The notes under the pieces are model-generated. The model was given only the letters and a program-made list of their open reading frames with translations, was not told the origin of the DNA and ran no database searches. A stretch of 64,000 nucleotides of DNA from Coleofasciculus sp. B1-GNL1-01. Its GTDB lineage: Bacteria > Cyanobacteriota > Cyanobacteriia > Cyanobacteriales > Coleofasciculaceae. Location of the stretch: assembly GCA_040220235.1 (NCBI GenBank), contig JAVJTO010000081.1. The stretch is one strand, 5' to 3'. The translations under genes were made by a program, and so were the position numbers. Shown one piece after another: positions 55,401-64,000 of this stretch. Each line of letters starts with the position of its first letter. Position 1 is the stretch's first letter.

Positions 55401-56229
55401 TGTCCTGAGTCCCCGTGTAGAGATAAGCCGCACCGCCTTCACCCCGACCTTTATTTCCTTCAAAGACACTATCAATAATCTGAATTGTGCCAGAGGTGGC
55501 ATCACTTCCATTACTGGCGCGGTCAGTGTAAACGGCACCACCGTACCCTCTTAAGAATGGATTTTTGTTGCCATTATCGTAAAATGCAGCGGTAGTGTCG
55601 TTGTTGAGGAACGTGGAGTTTTCAATGGTTAATTTGCCTTGGAGACTATTAATTGCCCCACCGTTAATTCCCTGGTTGTTGGTAAATTCACTATTGGTTA
55701 CAGTGATTTCGCCGGGACTGACAAAGGCAATGGCACCAGCGCCGCGTTCATCATTTCCGGCAACGGCTTTATTGTTATCAAATGTGCTGGCGTTAACAAT
55801 TAAGTCGGTTTCCCAAGCGCTGTAGATTGCGCCGCCCCCCTTATCGGCGACGTTGTTCTTAAACTGAACATTATCGACCGTTAATGCGCCTTGGTGGGTG
55901 ATTTCAATGGCACCGCCGCGTTCATTGGTATACCCGTTGATCAGGTCAAGGTTTTTTAACGTCAGACTGGCGTTGAAATCTTGATTCGAGTTGACATAAA
56001 AAATGCGGGATTGTTTGTTCCCGCTAATTTTTAGACCGGGAGCGTCCGCCCCATCAATGGTTATATTTTTCCCAGGGCGAATTTCCAGTTGACCTGTTCT
56101 GAGAGTAAGAGTTTCTCCGGCAAGGCTGGAACTGAATTTAATCGTATCTCCTGATTGTGCTAGGGTAAGCGCTTCTCTTAAGGAACCTGATCCATTGTCT
56201 TTTGTGTTGGTAACAATGATCTGTGGCAT
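52459..56229 (-). CDS. Large surface/adhesin-like protein: GGAI beta-helix, four cadherin-like/He_PIG Ig repeats, DUF4114-like C-terminus
   Basis: GSGSLREA, repeated GGAI/F.NN, DADGD.LTYSATL.DG..LPSWL.FD..T.TFSGTP units, FGFEDL.GGGD.DFND. Confidence 0.88.
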   Translation of the reverse strand: MPQIIVTNTKDNGSGSLREALTLAQSGDTIKFSSSLAGETLTLRTGQLEIRPGKNITIDGADAPGLKISGNKQSRIFYVNSNQDFNASLTLKNLDLINGYTNERGGAIEITHQGALTVDNVQFKNNVADKGGGAIYSAWETDLIVNASTFDNNKAVAGNDERGAGAIAFVSPGEITVTNSEFTNNQGINGGAINSLQGKLTIENSTFLNNDTTAAFYDNGNKNPFLRGYGGAVYTDRASNGSDATSGTIQIIDSVFEGNKGRGEGGAAYLYTGTQDNVIIEGSLFENNEVLALPNGGNKGNGGAVVQLSNGLNKGLVVRDTTFANNTAANQGGGLWTYDAPTKIINSTFSGNQTTGDTSGSVGGGMTLYSPTEIIDSTIAYNNASWVGGGVSASKNADVSVKNTIFYENTADNGTNDWGIQQHTNKELTDKGGNVQYPPKATNNWNDYNATATIRIIDAQLSPLQDNGGPVPTHTVGNPEVTAGAFFEDSGLIGGGEVTNNDPLLVTAIADQTVEVEDSFSLDITNNFSDADGDNLTYSATLEDGNTLPSWLTFDSQTGRFSGTPDTGDETQLNILVTASDGQGGTKTDGFELDITPAPVVNNDPTLVSPIADQTVEAEDSFSLDITNNFTDADGDNLTYSATLADGNDLPSWLTFDSQTGTFSGTPDTGDETVNILVTASDGQGGTQTDEFELDITPAPVVNNDPTLVSPIADQTVEAEDSFSLDITNNFNDADGDNLTYSATLADGNDLPSWLTFDSQAGTFSGTPDSGDETLNIFVTASDGQGGTKTDEFELDITPAPVVNNDPTLVSPIADQTAQTKEVYSLDISDYFTDPDGDTLTFSATGLPKGLNLNPETGVISGTPRNKAIGTNSITLTVNDGNGGEISDDFDLTVNRGTRNNGNAKPKLNFKNDLLFLNGKSPADKLLFTLTGNNSSFVSEVGIFEVDNAAGKINGIKPGETGYLQAALDEGNVLFSSLPNNFAGDNLTRILDVEQVFGETTSNLGFYLVQNSTTDNVQAALDSGQTPSNVWFSLPSANANNTDYFEVLNGENNQFTLNWQNPMAEGNDTLTLMVESTNELPALGTQLQGERELIDLRGQSSPVDANFIEIKSHAGFDNSVGLYVIENEEGAVEDPMTGQLIYPEDEGYAQAALAQSVVSDVNRGMATFDTQLEGGSLLAPYIIANGTTEEWLAENSNNQYLGYGEPIAYFAHLGANPDGVDHIRLLGDNTFGFEDLYGGGDEDFNDFTFQVDLTVA

Positions 56230-56970
56230 GATTAAATCTCCGAGACTATTTTGCGAAATTACAGTGTTTTGCTTTTTGTTTTCAGCGGGGTGGTCAGGGT
56301 AGAGAGTCGTGTAGCGATAGTTGATTCCTTATTCTTTTCCAACCAAATGAGATAAACAAGTTTCGCTCCTGTTTCTAGGGTAACGTATGGAAATTACACC
56401 CTCTATATCTATAGATAGAACAATAATTGGAAAATGACAGGGGGGATTGAGGGCAATTCACTAAAACTTCATAAAGACTTTTTGTTTCTATGATGAAGAC
56501 TTTATAAAGTGAAAGTAGAATAAACCCGGTCAGGTAGGGTTGATCAAGCTCTCTCAAGTGACCCGAGTTCAATCGGGTCGGTCAGGTGATCAGCGTTGAC
56601 TAATATACAGGGACATAAATACCTAGTACAGCCGTGCATAATGTATCGAGTAATTTTCTTTCAGATAAAACTTTTTCTGCTAAAATACGACCGATTTTCG
56701 CGGAGCCGTATTCGTGCGTGAGGCTGGTTATTTGTCTGGGGTCATTGAGGCTTGGTCGGGATTGACATCGTGATTACAAAACCTAACAGCGTTGAGTTTA
56801 TGTCTACCTATTTTTTAGTGTAGGACAATTCCAAATTTCTAACCATCGTTCTGAAGACAGGCAACGGAAGGGGTGGAGAAGCGGCTCTATTCGTCTCGAA
56901 AAGTGCGATATATATCCGAGAATAAGAACAAAGGCAGTAAATTAGCAGACTATCTGTCCGCAGACAAGGC

Positions 56971-57759
56971 ATGACGTTAGCGAATGTACGAATTATCTTA
57001 GTTGAACCCGCAGGTGCTTTAAACGTAGGCTCAGTTGCTCGGGTGATGAAAAATATGGGGTTGCACCAGTTATGGCTGGTCAATCCCCATTGTAATCCAA
57101 GGGCATCAGAAGCGCGGCAGATGGCGGTTCATGGTGTCGATGTTTTAGAATCAGCCCAACAGGTGGCAACGTTACCGGAAGCGTTACAAGGATGTCAACG
57201 CGCGATCGCAACCACTGCCCGTACTCGTCATTTGCCGACGACTCTAGAACCGCCACGCTTAGCATTACCCTGGTTATTGGCGGAGAATATCACCTCTGCC
57301 CTGATTTTTGGACCTGAAGATCGGGGGTTGAGTAATGATGAACTCAACTATGCCCAGCGATTTGTCTGTATCCCAGCCAATCCAGAGTATCCCTCGTTAA
57401 ATTTAGCTCAGGCTGTAGCCGTTTGCTGTTATGAACTGTCTCAACTCGCCTCCCCATCTCCCCAGACGCGCCATGGCACGTCTCTACAGGCTCCCCAGAC
57501 GCACCATGGTACGTCTCTACATACCACCGCTTCCTTAGATGCAATCGAGGCTTACTTCCAACACCTAGAAGCCGTACTATTAAAGATTGGCTACCTACAT
57601 CCCCATACCGCGACATCCCGCATGGAAAAGTTCAGACGCCTATACTACCGAGCTATGCTTACCCCAGAAGAAGTCGCCATGCTCAGAGGGATTCTCCGTC
57701 AGACAGAATGGGCGGTACAATTTATGCCGAGGTCAGAACCGGATGATTCAGAATCCTAG
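56971..57759 (+). CDS. SPOUT tRNA/RNA methyltransferase (TrmJ/LasT family)
   Basis: ILVEP.GALNVGSVARVMKNMG, FGPEDRGL and SLNLAQAV motifs. Confidence 0.92.
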   Translation: MTLANVRIILVEPAGALNVGSVARVMKNMGLHQLWLVNPHCNPRASEARQMAVHGVDVLESAQQVATLPEALQGCQRAIATTARTRHLPTTLEPPRLALPWLLAENITSALIFGPEDRGLSNDELNYAQRFVCIPANPEYPSLNLAQAVAVCCYELSQLASPSPQTRHGTSLQAPQTHHGTSLHTTASLDAIEAYFQHLEAVLLKIGYLHPHTATSRMEKFRRLYYRAMLTPEEVAMLRGILRQTEWAVQFMPRSEPDDSES

Positions 57760-57870
57760 CGGCTGTATTAGACTATAGACTTTCAGTCGATAAATTGGGA
57801 AAATAGCCAGGTTCACATCGTCAGGAAAGGATTGATGGTGGCTTGAAGATTAGAGATTTAGACGTCAGTT

Positions 57871-59478
57871 GTGTTGGAGGTATGTTCAGTGGCAATGTCT
57901 AGGGGCAATCCGTATAAACCCGATCGCAACGAGTCCAAACCACGAGGAATCTATCGTTCTCGTCGGCTTTCTCGTCAACGTCGCCCTCGACAAACTCAGG
58001 ATCTTGATCCTCCCTCCTCTTCTCCCTCACCACGTCGTCTGCGCCCCGTTCAACTGCGTGCGGTTCAGCCTAATTCCTCCAATCCCAGTCGCCCCAAACC
58101 CATACCCCTAAACCGTTCTAGCGGGTATCTCAGTGAACCCTCGATTTACCCAAATCTTAAACTACCCAAACTGCGGACGATTAACGGGATACCCATCAGA
58201 GAAACGCCTCTGGGGAATCGGAGTCGAAATCATCGCCCTCCGGCTGCAACCCCCTTATCCCAACCCTTGAACCCACGTCGAGACAATAGCCCCCGTCGGC
58301 AAACGCGGCGTTCAACGGTTCCCACTCAATCCGAGGCGAAACCGAAGCGTCAATTGTCTCGTTCTCAACCCGCCCAGACAGGGAAATCCCGGCGCAGTCG
58401 GCGTTCCAAAAAGCGCTCGGCGGGTATATGGATTCACGTTATCCGTCTCCTGATTCTCGGCGTGGGCATTGGCGCGATCGCAGGCACTCTATTATCAGTA
58501 TTAGATCCCACCAGCAAAATGTCGATGCGCTCCAGTGAGGCGGCGCAGGAAAATCCTCAAGAAAGCCCGACGAATCAAAGCATTACCCCAATACTCCCAT
58601 TGCGCCAAGAAATCTCCCCTCTGAAAGCCCAAGTCCAAACCTTAGTCGCCAAAAATCCGAAATTGCAACCCGGTGTTTTTGTCGTGGATTTGGATACTGG
58701 TGCCTACTTAGACTGGGAAAGTCACTCCATTTTTCCCGCCGCCAGCACGATTAAAGTCCCGATTCTGGTGGCATTCTTTCAAGATGTCGATGCGGGTAAA
58801 ATTCGCTTAGATGAACCCCTAACCATGGAACCGGAAATGATCGCCAAAGGTTCAGGGGACATGCAATATCAAAAACCGGGGACGCAGTATAGTGCCTTGG
58901 AAGTGGCAACCAAGATGATCACGATTAGTGATAATACCGCCACCAATATGATTATTCATCGCCTCGGCGGTATCCAAGCCGTTAATCAACGGTTCCTATC
59001 CTGGGGATTAACCGCAACGGCAATCAATAACCCCTTACCGGATTTAGAAGGAACAAATACAACTAATGCCAGAGATATGGCAAACTTGCTGTATAAAGTG
59101 AATCAAGGAGAATTATTGAGTCTGCGATCGCGCGATCGGTTGTTGGATATCATGCAGCGTACTGTGAATAATTCTCTGATTCCTCAAGGATTAGGTACAG
59201 GGGCGGCGGTTGCCCATAAAACGGGGGATATTGGTTCAGTATTGGGAGATGTAGGTATTGTGGATATGCCTACAGGCAAACGCTATCTCATCGTCACCTT
59301 AGTAAAACGTCCCCACAATGATGCTAGCGCCTCGGAGTTAATTCGCAACCTTTCCCGCACGGTTTATGAGTATTTCAATAAACCAACGGCGACACCGACT
59401 CTGAACTCCATGCCCATTAGCACGCCTGCCATGATGGTGAGTGGATTGCTGATTGGTTTGCAGGGGACGATTTTGTAA
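57871..59478 (+). CDS. Class A beta-lactamase-like serine hydrolase (PBP-A type) with long basic disordered N-terminus and TM anchor
   Basis: PAASTIK (SxxK), SDN and HKTG motifs; omega-loop region PLPDLEG; start uncertain (ATG 57895 possible). Confidence 0.85.
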   Translation: MLEVCSVAMSRGNPYKPDRNESKPRGIYRSRRLSRQRRPRQTQDLDPPSSSPSPRRLRPVQLRAVQPNSSNPSRPKPIPLNRSSGYLSEPSIYPNLKLPKLRTINGIPIRETPLGNRSRNHRPPAATPLSQPLNPRRDNSPRRQTRRSTVPTQSEAKPKRQLSRSQPAQTGKSRRSRRSKKRSAGIWIHVIRLLILGVGIGAIAGTLLSVLDPTSKMSMRSSEAAQENPQESPTNQSITPILPLRQEISPLKAQVQTLVAKNPKLQPGVFVVDLDTGAYLDWESHSIFPAASTIKVPILVAFFQDVDAGKIRLDEPLTMEPEMIAKGSGDMQYQKPGTQYSALEVATKMITISDNTATNMIIHRLGGIQAVNQRFLSWGLTATAINNPLPDLEGTNTTNARDMANLLYKVNQGELLSLRSRDRLLDIMQRTVNNSLIPQGLGTGAAVAHKTGDIGSVLGDVGIVDMPTGKRYLIVTLVKRPHNDASASELIRNLSRTVYEYFNKPTATPTLNSMPISTPAMMVSGLLIGLQGTIL

Positions 59479-59600
59479 TGAGGGCTTGTTGAATAAGTCT
59501 TGTGGTGAGGGGAGGGAACAGGGAACAGGGAACAGTACAGAATGTCCTAACCTGTCTGGGTACTGACAAACTTCTGCATTTTATAACCCTTTTTCCCTGA

Positions 59601-59632
59601 TTGTAGAGACGTTGCATGCAACGTCTCTACAA
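59601..59632. repeat. Perfect GTAG REP-like palindrome TTGTAGAGACGTTGCATGCAACGTCTCTACAA
   Basis: 32-bp palindrome between convergent genes. Confidence 0.85.
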
Positions 59633-59664
59633 TGTTTTTAGGGAATTTTAAACTGTGTCATTTC

Positions 59665-60855
59665 TCACCCCTTCAAAACCTCAGCCTTATCAGTCTTTTC
59701 CCATGGTAATTCCAGATCCATCCTGCCCACATGACCATAAGCCGCCAACTTTTGATAAAATCCTCCCTTAGTCAACGACGGCAGAAATCTTAAATTAAAG
59801 TGGCGAATAATTCCCGCCAGACGAAAATCAAAATTATCCTTTAAACGGGTAATAATTTCCTGTTCATCAACTTTACCTGTACCAAAGGTTTCCACTTCAA
59901 CACTCACCGGTCGAGAAAGTCCAATCGTATAACTCAATTGCACCTCACATTCATCGGCTAAATTTGCCGCCACCACATTTTTCGCCGCATATCGCGCAGC
60001 ATACGCGCCGATTCTATCAATCCGAATCGGATCTTTTCCACTTAATGCTGCACCACTATGTTTAGAATATTCGCCATAAGTATCGATCGCGTTTTTCCGT
60101 CCCGTCAATCCGGAATGCAGTGAGGGACCGCCGCCAATCACCAAGCCATCGGGATTCACGAAGATGCGACTGTTTTCATCCGGGTGAATCGCTTCGTCGT
60201 TTAACGCAGGCTGAATCACCGCCTCCTGAATATCATGGCGCAGTTGCTGGAGATTAGGTTTTTTCTCAGTATTTTGACTAGCAATAATCGTCAGGCTATG
60301 AATGCGAGTCGGTTGACGATTTTTATATTCAACTCCAACCTGAGTTTTGCCATCGGGGGCGAGATAGGGCAGTGTTTTATCGCGTCGGGCAATATCTAAT
60401 TGTCGTGCTAGTTTATGGGCAAACCATATCGGTAAGGGCATCAAAGCTGGGGTTTGATTACAGGCAAATCCAAAGACAGTCACTTGATTTTTAACTGGGA
60501 TTTCTTCTATTTCTGCATCCGATAGCTTTTTTTCGTCAAAATTATGGATTTTGTCAGGGGGTAATTCTTCTAGACTGGTTAAAATACTACAGGTTTTGCT
60601 ATTAAAATCCGGTCGGTCATACCCCACTTCAGCAATAACTTTTCGGGCAATATTGGTGAAATCAACATTGGCATTGGGTTCAAATCGGGCAGCGAGAAAG
60701 ACAATTCCGGTAGATACAGCGCATTCGGTAATGACCCTAGCATAAGGATCTTGCTGCAATAAACGATCTACAATAGCATCACTGATGCGATCGCACAGTT
60801 TATCCGGATGTCCTGGGGTCACGGATTCGGATGTGAACATGAAGTCTTTTTTCAT
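59665..60855 (-). CDS. metK: Divergent methionine adenosyltransferase-family (MetK-like) protein
   Basis: FTSESV..GHPDK, PDGKTQV, GLTGRK, SGKDP..DR, AAYGH and PWEKTD; the GAGDQG motif is absent. Confidence 0.85.
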   Translation of the reverse strand: MKKDFMFTSESVTPGHPDKLCDRISDAIVDRLLQQDPYARVITECAVSTGIVFLAARFEPNANVDFTNIARKVIAEVGYDRPDFNSKTCSILTSLEELPPDKIHNFDEKKLSDAEIEEIPVKNQVTVFGFACNQTPALMPLPIWFAHKLARQLDIARRDKTLPYLAPDGKTQVGVEYKNRQPTRIHSLTIIASQNTEKKPNLQQLRHDIQEAVIQPALNDEAIHPDENSRIFVNPDGLVIGGGPSLHSGLTGRKNAIDTYGEYSKHSGAALSGKDPIRIDRIGAYAARYAAKNVVAANLADECEVQLSYTIGLSRPVSVEVETFGTGKVDEQEIITRLKDNFDFRLAGIIRHFNLRFLPSLTKGGFYQKLAAYGHVGRMDLELPWEKTDKAEVLKG

Positions 60856-60872
60856 ATTCTTTCTCCTTAAAT

Positions 60873-60912
60873 TGGGAACAGGGAACAGGGAACAGGGAAC
60901 AGGGAACAGGGA
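60873..60912. repeat. GGGAACA heptamer array
   Basis: Tandem heptamers; also near 38164 and 59513. Confidence 0.85.
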
Positions 60913-61072
60913 AGATGAGGGAGATGGGGAAGATTAGGGATTTGTAGGGGCGGGTTTTACCGTTAACATTTGATTTTGACCCTGATGTCCCTAAACCCGC
61001 CCTGACAGAGTGCAAGAAGTTTTCAACAAAGGACGAATGACAAAGGACGAATGACGAATGACAAATAACAAA

Positions 61073-64000
61073 TTACGCCTCCTGCTGTGACACTTTCAGA
61101 TCAAAATTTTGCTTCTTGGTGCTTTCATTCACCAGCAAAGGAACTAAAGCACTACTCCCAATTACCACACAATCTAGAACATCCACTGACGCCAGATTTA
61201 ACAAGGTTCTTAACCCTGGAACCATTGTCGGTAAAAGTTGAATGGCAAAAGAACCAATAATTGCCCCATCCATGTAAGGATTGTGTGGCAAAGGATCTTG
61301 ATCGAAATCAAAAATACTGTGGCTTTCCGAACGACAACTTAGGGTGTGTAAAATTTGTGCCATGGTTAGACTCATAAAAATAATTGTACTTGCCCGTTGT
61401 CCCATACCATATCTTAAAAGACCATAACTATAAGCCGTCATCGCACTCAGGGAAATTGCCGCCGATTCCGAAGCAATTCGGGCAAAATCTGATTCCTTGA
61501 TAATCGGTTCTTTCGGATCACGAGGGGATGATTCTAAAACATTCGGTTCAGGCGGTTCTAATGCTAAGGCAAGTCCAGGGAAAATATCACTAACTAAATT
61601 TAACCACAACAGTTGCATGGCATTTAACGGTTCTCCTAATCCCATCGCTGTCGCCATCGTCGTCACCATAATTTCACTTAGGTTCGTGGAGAGGAGAAAA
61701 TGCACGGATTTTCTAATATTGTTGTAGATCGTGCGTCCCTGACTCACGGCATTAATTAGGGTTTGTAGGTTGTCATCTTCGATGACTACATCCGCAACCT
61801 CGTGAACCACCTCACCGCCGCCGGAACCCATGGCAACTCCTACATTCGCCGCCTTTAATGCGGGAGTATCGTTAATTCCATCCCCCGTCATTGCCACAAC
61901 TTGTCCCGATGCTTGTAAGGCTTGGACAATTTGCAATTTATCGGCTGGACTAATTCGGGCAAAGACATCGACTTTATCAAATAAAGCTTGCATCTTTTCG
62001 GGATCAAAATGGGCAAGATCAGAGGAATCCAGGATTTCTAATTGCTGATCGCGACTCAGATTTAAGGTTTTGGCGATCGCATAAGCGGTGGGACTTTGAT
62101 CCCCGGTAATCATTACCGTATTTATTCCCGCTTGATGGAACCCCTCCATTAACTGGGGAACCCCTTCGCGGATCGGATCTGCCATTCCCGTAAGTCCCAA
62201 CCAAATGAGGTCAGTTTCTGCGTCTTCGTCGGGATTTTCTAGGGTGGTGTACGCCACTCCTAAGACTCGTAGCGCTTTACCCGCCATTTTCTCATTTTCT
62301 AGTTCTAATGCTTGTTTATCCTCGTCACTTAAAGGGAGAATTTTCCCATTTTTCATCCAAGAATTGCAGCGTTCTAAGACTTCAGCCGGACTCCCTTTCA
62401 CGGCGACAAATTTGTGAGGTTCCTCAGTTTTGTGAACCGTACTCATCAGATTCCGCCCTTCACTGCGGGGATTCATGGTTACTAAAGGATAGTCCTGTCG
62501 CAGTGCGATCGCATCACTTCCAAACTGAATTGCCATATAAATCAGGGCGTTTTCTGTGGCAGATCCTTTTACCTCATAGTCGCCGTTTTCAGTTCGATTT
62601 ACCTCACTCTCACTACAGAGTATCGATACCTGAATCAGTTTGAACAGTTCTGGATAATCTTGGGGATTAATCGGTTGATCATCTTCGGTGACAAAGTGAT
62701 CTTCAGATCGGCTAATAATCCCCATCGCCGTATGCACTTCTGCCACGATCATCTTATTCTGAGTAATAGTGCCCGTTTTATCTAAGCAAACCGTTTGCAC
62801 TGAACCCAATGCTTCGACTGCATCCAAACCGCGAATCAGGATGTTATGCTCTTTCATATCCTGAATTCCCAATGCCAATGTGGTGGTGGCAATGGTTGGG
62901 AGTCCTTCGGGAACAGACGCCACAGCTAGGGATATGGAGGTTTTCAGCATCGGTAATAAACCATACCCTCGCAACAATCCTAAACCAAATACCAGGGTAC
63001 AAATTCCGCCTCCTAGCATTACCAATTGAGATCCCACCTCATCTAGTTGTTTTTGCAGAGGGGTTTCGGTTGCAGTAGTTTCCCCCACCATTTTCTGAAT
63101 TTTGCCGATTTCGGTAAATTGTCCCGTGGCGACAACCACTGCTAATCCATTCCCGGCGGTGATAAATGTCCCTTTGTACGCCATATTTTCCCGTTCAGCT
63201 AAGGGAATGTCTTGACTTTCTAGGGGTTTTGTGGTTTTGTGAACGGGCAGACTTTCACCCGTTAAAGCCGACTCATCAATTTGCAAATTATCGGCTGCAA
63301 TTAATCGGGCATCAGCCGCAACATAATTACTCGCTTGCAAGACTAAAATATCACCGGGAACAAGAGTATCGGCATTAATTTCTTGCTGTTTATCTTCTCG
63401 GATCACCAAGGCGGATAAGTCGCGATCGCCTTTGAGAGAACGAATGATTTTTTCCGACTGACTTTCTGTGGTGTAGCCAATCGCCGCATTCACGCCAATC
63501 ACACCCACAATCGCCAACATATCGGCAAATCCGCCCGTTAACAGCGAAATACCTGCGGCTGCACCGAGTAAAGCGACTGGTAAGGAGTTAAACTGTTCGC
63601 TTAAGATTTCCCAATCAGAACGAGACTCGGATTCAGCTAGGGTGTTTGTGCCATAATTGTTCAGGTTTGTTTCCGCTTGATCTGGCGATAATCCGGACTC
63701 TTTTGAGGTATTCCACGCTGCTAAGACTGCCTCACTATCCATCAAATGCCAGTCTTTGGCTGGTTGATCTTCACTGGGTTCAACCGCTGGTTTTGTTTCC
63801 GGTTGGGCTTGAGGGGGTTTGGATTCAGGTTGCGGTTTTTTTTCATACTCTAATACCGCGTCTTCGATCAACGAGGCGATTTGATGGTGACGTTGATCAG
63901 GATTAAATAAAACCAGAAGATTTCCGGTTAGGGCGCTAGCCGAAACTTGCTGAATTCCCGCCCGATCCGAGAGTTGGCGTTCTAGGTATTTCTTCAGGGA
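61073..64000 (-). CDS. Type II (Ca-like) P-type ATPase with N-terminal HMA-like domain, 5' partial
   Basis: TGES, PEGLP, DKTGT, KGSP, MITGD, GDGIND and LWLNLVSD motifs. Frame stays open to the window edge (…GIQQVSASALTGNLLVLFN). Confidence 0.92.
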   Translation of the reverse strand, partial: SLKKYLERQLSDRAGIQQVSASALTGNLLVLFNPDQRHHQIASLIEDAVLEYEKKPQPESKPPQAQPETKPAVEPSEDQPAKDWHLMDSEAVLAAWNTSKESGLSPDQAETNLNNYGTNTLAESESRSDWEILSEQFNSLPVALLGAAAGISLLTGGFADMLAIVGVIGVNAAIGYTTESQSEKIIRSLKGDRDLSALVIREDKQQEINADTLVPGDILVLQASNYVAADARLIAADNLQIDESALTGESLPVHKTTKPLESQDIPLAERENMAYKGTFITAGNGLAVVVATGQFTEIGKIQKMVGETTATETPLQKQLDEVGSQLVMLGGGICTLVFGLGLLRGYGLLPMLKTSISLAVASVPEGLPTIATTTLALGIQDMKEHNILIRGLDAVEALGSVQTVCLDKTGTITQNKMIVAEVHTAMGIISRSEDHFVTEDDQPINPQDYPELFKLIQVSILCSESEVNRTENGDYEVKGSATENALIYMAIQFGSDAIALRQDYPLVTMNPRSEGRNLMSTVHKTEEPHKFVAVKGSPAEVLERCNSWMKNGKILPLSDEDKQALELENEKMAGKALRVLGVAYTTLENPDEDAETDLIWLGLTGMADPIREGVPQLMEGFHQAGINTVMITGDQSPTAYAIAKTLNLSRDQQLEILDSSDLAHFDPEKMQALFDKVDVFARISPADKLQIVQALQASGQVVAMTGDGINDTPALKAANVGVAMGSGGGEVVHEVADVVIEDDNLQTLINAVSQGRTIYNNIRKSVHFLLSTNLSEIMVTTMATAMGLGEPLNAMQLLWLNLVSDIFPGLALALEPPEPNVLESSPRDPKEPIIKESDFARIASESAAISLSAMTAYSYGLLRYGMGQRASTIIFMSLTMAQILHTLSCRSESHSIFDFDQDPLPHNPYMDGAIIGSFAIQLLPTMVPGLRTLLNLASVDVLDCVVIGSSALVPLLVNESTKKQNFDLKVSQQEA

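Noticed and set aside
57871..59478. True antibiotic-resistance beta-lactamase
   Set aside because: The TM anchor and PBP-A-like omega loop without the canonical Glu166 context suggest a penicillin-binding protein.
1193..63906. Numerous short antisense or overlapping ORFs in the track
   Set aside because: They lie within well-supported genes or repeats and show no motifs, so they were treated as shadow ORFs.

Overview
Chromosomal window from a cyanobacterium: it contains many HIP1 (GCGATCGC) sites, psb28, plqA, Uma2 and XisI genes, and heptamer (STRR-type) and GTAG REP-like repeats. A filamentous, Oscillatoriales-like host is my inference. Housekeeping genes (dps, sulfiredoxin, 5-oxoprolinase, gatA, tRNA-His, ABC-F, msrA, ppx, plqA, psb28, secA, upp, iaaA, TrmJ-like) alternate with accessory patches and many MITE/REP elements. 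Most notable: (1) a divergent MetK paralog that keeps the triphosphate/metal ligands but has replaced the canonical methionine-binding residues, directly downstream of a type II P-type ATPase with an HMA-like N-terminus; (2) an AT-rich two-gene TIR module (alpha/beta-hydrolase-TIR plus a TIR lacking the catalytic Glu, with a TM segment), whose second gene is truncated by a 99-bp MITE with a TA target duplication; (3) intergenic repeat elements inserted in frame in a TrmJ-like methyltransferase and in 5-oxoprolinase; (4) an orphan JAB-like toxin tip with a putative immunity gene. No CRISPR array or rRNA was found. All family assignments come from motif recognition by eye, not database searches.
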